Assembly: GCA_023205875.1 (NCBI GenBank)
Contig: CP060762.1
Coordinates: 620,001 to 684,000 of the forward strand
Direction: 5' to 3'
Length of the DNA stretch: 64,000 nt
From: Chloropicon primus
Lineage: Eukaryota
In this document: positions 61,401 through 64,000 of the stretch, in pieces
How the letters are laid out: each line of letters opens with the position of its first letter
Numbering within the stretch: position 1 is the first letter of the stretch
Notes under the pieces: generated by a model
The model's database searches: none
The model's input: only the letters and a program-made list of their open reading frames with translations
What the model was told of the DNA's origin: nothing
Position numbers and translations under genes: made by a program

Positions 61401-64000
61401 GTTCGGAACCGGGATGGCTTGCTTGGACACCGTAACGGACGCCGAAGAGCTTATTCCCAAGAAATTCTTTGCCTCGACGCCAAACTTGTACTCCAAGCCG
61501 GGCACGAAGAGATCGTTGCTCAGGGAGATTCTGGTCTGCGCCGTGTCCGCGAAGGCTGAGAGGGCTTCCACGACCTTGAAAGCTTCCTGGTGCAACGATT
61601 CGCAGGTGTACGTGAAAGTCAGGGGCCTACCGCTCTGGTCGGAAGAGGCCGAGACGTCCAGGACAATGCTGTCGCACACTCCCACGGTTGGCGAGCTCAC
61701 GACGGACAGGGACGGCGCCGGCGAGGGCTCTGACGAGACCTGGACCGCAGTGTAGCCAGACACGTGCAACGAGTTCTTCGCGGCATTCATGATGACAGAA
61801 TCCTTGAGCTCCAACGTGTTTCCCGGGGAGAGTGTTGCCCCGTAGCCAAGGGTGATGATGATCTGCTTGTCGTCCTTCCAGATGCAGGACGGCCTCGTGC
61901 CCAACAACGAAGTCATCTCGGCCTTGAGGTACTTGCCGCAGTCCGACCCTTCCTGGCCATCGACGGGGGAGAAGCCGCGATCCGTGGCCACGTCAAAGTT
62001 CATGTTCAACTTTCTGTACGTGCTCTCGAAGACTGCGCTCACGACTTCGGGACTCATCTGCGGCGAGATCTTGACCTTGTCGAGAGATTGTGCGCTGGTG
62101 TAGGGCGTCCCGTCGTGAGACAACAAGAGCCTGTACTCCCCCGGGTACTGAACCATGTAGGACAGCTGCACGTGCTCCCCGACGTGGCTCACGTTGGTGA
62201 AGGAAGGCGCGCTAACGGCAGCGGCGGACGCGTCAAAGAGGAAGGTCACCAACTTGGACTCGACCTCGGCATCCGCGATGTTTCCGAACTTGTCCTTGAG
62301 CAAGAAGCTCATCGTGGTGGCTTGTCCGGCGATCGCCCCGCTCAACCCGCTTCCACTGAGCACGGAGGAGTCCAAGTCGACGCTAGACGTTACAACTTGC
62401 AACGCGAGGGCAGCTCCAACGTTAAGGCCCGTCACTTGCTCGGACATCACCAGCGAGTAGTTGCCCTTCTGGTACAGGGAGAAGGTGAGATGGTACTTTC
62501 CGTCCCCCCTGTCCACGAGCTTTTGGTCGTACATGCTCGCGGGCTGAGAGCTCGAGGTCTTCAAGCTGATGTCGAAGGAAAGGCCTCCCGCAATCTGCAA
62601 GTTAGAGTACGTGTCCCTTCCCTGAATGATTACGCTGTACTGCTCCCCTGCTTTCACGACCGTGCTCTCCGGCACGACCAAGGAATTGCTGGGCGAGAAC
62701 TGCCCCGGGTTGATGGCAACCGTCAAATTGTTGGTGCCTCCGATCAGCACCCTCTCGTTTCCCGGCAGATCGAGGTAAATGACCATGCTGTACGAACCGG
62801 ACACGGTGCTCAGGCAGCTCACGCTGTACGAACCGTCGAAGTTGTCGGTGGCCTTGCAACTCGCATCCGTGCTCATGGATTCGTCCCGTGGGTACAGAGC
62901 AGCCCCAAAGCCCTCCGACCCGTAAAGGGCACTCTGGTTTCCTTGGGGGTTTCCAAACACGTCGTAGGCGCTGATGACGAACGAGAACGGCACCCCCGCA
63001 GTCAGCGCGGTGTCATAAAACGAGTGCTTGGACTGAGGCGCCGAGGATGGCCAACCCGGAAGGACCGTCAAGTAATACTCTGGCTGCGCCACCCCGTCGC
63101 TCTCGCCGAGGGCCACCCCCCCGGCAACGAAGGACAGTTTGTAATCCCCAACTTCGTCCGACAGGATCTCTGCCTGGTAGAAGCCAGGGGACACCTCCTT
63201 CAAGCTCGTCGACTTAACTGGAGGAACTGCCGTGATTTGGAGCCAGTCCTGGGCGGGTTCTTCGCCTTCCTTGGGCAGCACGTAGACGCCAAGAGCATCC
63301 GCGAGCTGGAAGGACACGACAAATGGAGCTCCTGCCGATGTCGTGCTGGTTGAGAAGGAGTCAAGTCCCTCCCCGTTGTCTTTGGTGATTACAGTGTTCG
63401 GGAACGAGGCCTCACCCGCTTCTTTGAAGACTGTGACGGTCGAGACTTGGATTTCCACGGCAGAACCGGACGCGGTTTGGAGACTCAGCTTCACCTGAAT
63501 GCTGTAATCCTCCCCGTGAACCGGTGGCGTGTACGCCGCCCTGTAAATTCCCTTCGAGAACGTCTCCACAATGGTGGACGACATCGCGTTCAGGGAGGGT
63601 CCGCTCCCCACCGATCCGAACTCGAGGCTCATCTTCTCCAGGTAGGGCCCGATGACAAGGTTATCGAACTTGTCAGAGAGCTTGATGTTGAAGCTTGCGG
63701 CTACTCCGGACAGAGCCTTTTGGATTCCCGTGCCGTAAGCAACGGATTTCGCCGCATCTGGCTCGCCTGCGAGCACCTGCCGCTCCCACCGCCTCTGCGT
63801 CGTCTGGTCGACCACCTCGGTGCCGCCGAGGACCAGCTTCAGTCTGACGACTCCCGCGAGCTCGGGCACAAAGGTGATTCGGTACTGCCCATCGTTCTCA
63901 GAGAAAGTCTTGTTGATCGCGTTGCCCGAGTAAATCACCGCGTTTTCCGAGGAGGTCAGGGAAAGCTCCACGACGGCCACGCTGGCGTCCAGGTCAGACC
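58479..64000 (-). CDS. Giant cell-surface protein: filamin/Ig repeats + REJ/PKD-like region + poly-Pro + single TM (5' end beyond the window)
   Basis: >1830-aa open frame running off the end. Filamin-like repeats (G.G...A..G...F.I...D.FGN, DRGDGKY); REJ-like LDVSASSD, WSQTGGP, VNAAPSSGILTVSP..G; C-terminal TM helix with a Cys cluster. Confidence 0.8.
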   Translation of the reverse strand, partial: SDLDASVAVVELSLTSSENAVIYSGNAINKTFSENDGQYRITFVPELAGVVRLKLVLGGTEVVDQTTQRRWERQVLAGEPDAAKSVAYGTGIQKALSGVAASFNIKLSDKFDNLVIGPYLEKMSLEFGSVGSGPSLNAMSSTIVETFSKGIYRAAYTPPVHGEDYSIQVKLSLQTASGSAVEIQVSTVTVFKEAGEASFPNTVITKDNGEGLDSFSTSTTSAGAPFVVSFQLADALGVYVLPKEGEEPAQDWLQITAVPPVKSTSLKEVSPGFYQAEILSDEVGDYKLSFVAGGVALGESDGVAQPEYYLTVLPGWPSSAPQSKHSFYDTALTAGVPFSFVISAYDVFGNPQGNQSALYGSEGFGAALYPRDESMSTDASCKATDNFDGSYSVSCLSTVSGSYSMVIYLDLPGNERVLIGGTNNLTVAINPGQFSPSNSLVVPESTVVKAGEQYSVIIQGRDTYSNLQIAGGLSFDISLKTSSSQPASMYDQKLVDRGDGKYHLTFSLYQKGNYSLVMSEQVTGLNVGAALALQVVTSSVDLDSSVLSGSGLSGAIAGQATTMSFLLKDKFGNIADAEVESKLVTFLFDASAAAVSAPSFTNVSHVGEHVQLSYMVQYPGEYRLLLSHDGTPYTSAQSLDKVKISPQMSPEVVSAVFESTYRKLNMNFDVATDRGFSPVDGQEGSDCGKYLKAEMTSLLGTRPSCIWKDDKQIIITLGYGATLSPGNTLELKDSVIMNAAKNSLHVSGYTAVQVSSEPSPAPSLSVVSSPTVGVCDSIVLDVSASSDQSGRPLTFTYTCESLHQEAFKVVEALSAFADTAQTRISLSNDLFVPGLEYKFGVEAKNFLGISSSASVTVSKQAIPVPNIYVNGGSSKKISVSQSLTVEAYASFPDGSCLSGKSGDSFDGMQESMVFAWSQTGGPTISLANVVSASERQAHTVSLSTRYLYIPSNMLSVGTYTFSISGNVKGSTQFSSTAEVAIEVEASAITVNFAGSSRSVTTGQDLTLRVDAADPDSYPSDFEFSWTCHKTAAGTTQEACPFKKTPIEFYRSSSFLPFSPTVGEFLPEGEYTFKVSVVKEPAQANRVAEKSVVITVVDTTAVAPKLSITGPAAAGKFSPSNQLTLEAIVDPPSYISTLDWTSLSGSLDLDKVALTDTSGEAMLVIDSDKLLGGQDYTFKASVQVGDLAWSASFDVNVNAAPSSGILTVSPATGKEAETMFKVSALNWVDDVVDQPFSYLFYSKDATDPSADWKLLALEQQFGSLNFILPAGTYSVKAAISDVHGAVTEIVSAGQIVVDGTEFASSASSSRRRLLQSSNVTDASNFVTNVRGYIDLGELTIAQQSIDIYKQRYVTATNDRVSQTCFGISGMSVPHGEIMAILETIRSSKPFSEPLFQHQMCSYAELSRDIPAVSSQNAITLYTAVARLQNAALGSSGVTLTDPSSSCMAEAVSNLALVLDAQCESQPPQLRAEVFRLLDLMHQILGSQLAANTPPSVLQTTSFTASLQKYSRPAGTQTYATALGDYSSLGGSYANVTTEFAAAAMQHSMVLTQVHVPSLVDNIKDRNRLVSDLYLLHYESGMQSIADVSTIGVRASKTANLQLQLQEMYPTVRLWNGNSWVEGSVEGSPNGLFQGTWVAGAKPTDSSVLNANSLDVSSKHSVELGSLYSSTYTLHYKMLAFGAYMVDTPKPPPPPPPPPPPSPPPPSPPPPPPPVLKEDDEVVLGLSLEIVIGVSAGIFVVIATTVFCCCCKKKKRRQRILHSAADDDTDIEDEDVPEVERGASGAGSPYGQLQVLSRDEDESQYTSSHFNPFASNQVRLPFAHSSGENKTLRDMLLSNRS

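Overview
Gene-dense, GC-rich eukaryotic nuclear DNA with few short GT-AG introns. It contains a plastid-type LepA, an MLDP/REF-like lipid-droplet protein and a permuted tRNA, which fits a compact picoplanktonic green alga (Chloropicon/prasinophyte-like; species not verifiable here). About 25 host genes are recognisable, including PDK1, RRP15, a UDP-sugar transporter, CEP350-like, APRT, ACL4-like, TIGR04282-like, dCMP deaminase, Jagunal, DnaJ-MECR, CCDC93, GUF1/LepA, CEP290, DJ-1, two FAS1-PA14 paralogues, NRAMP, TTLL, DRAM-like, an FN2 membrane protein, METTL21-like and a filamin/REJ giant protein. The standout is a ~5.1 kb island (~14795-19915) that looks like an unclassified mobile element. 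It carries (i) a double-AP2 DNA-binding gene, (ii) a frameshift-split gene with two tandem serine-recombinase catalytic domains plus zinc-finger-like clusters, (iii) a Cys-rich domain shared by both proteins, (iv) an orphan tRNA 3' half followed by a hairpin array, and (v) TTAGGATG/CATCCTAA sites at its ends and internal junction. Next to it are a decayed PKS ketosynthase fragment and a circularly permuted tRNA-Ser(CGA). All family calls come from motifs recognised by eye; no database searches were run.
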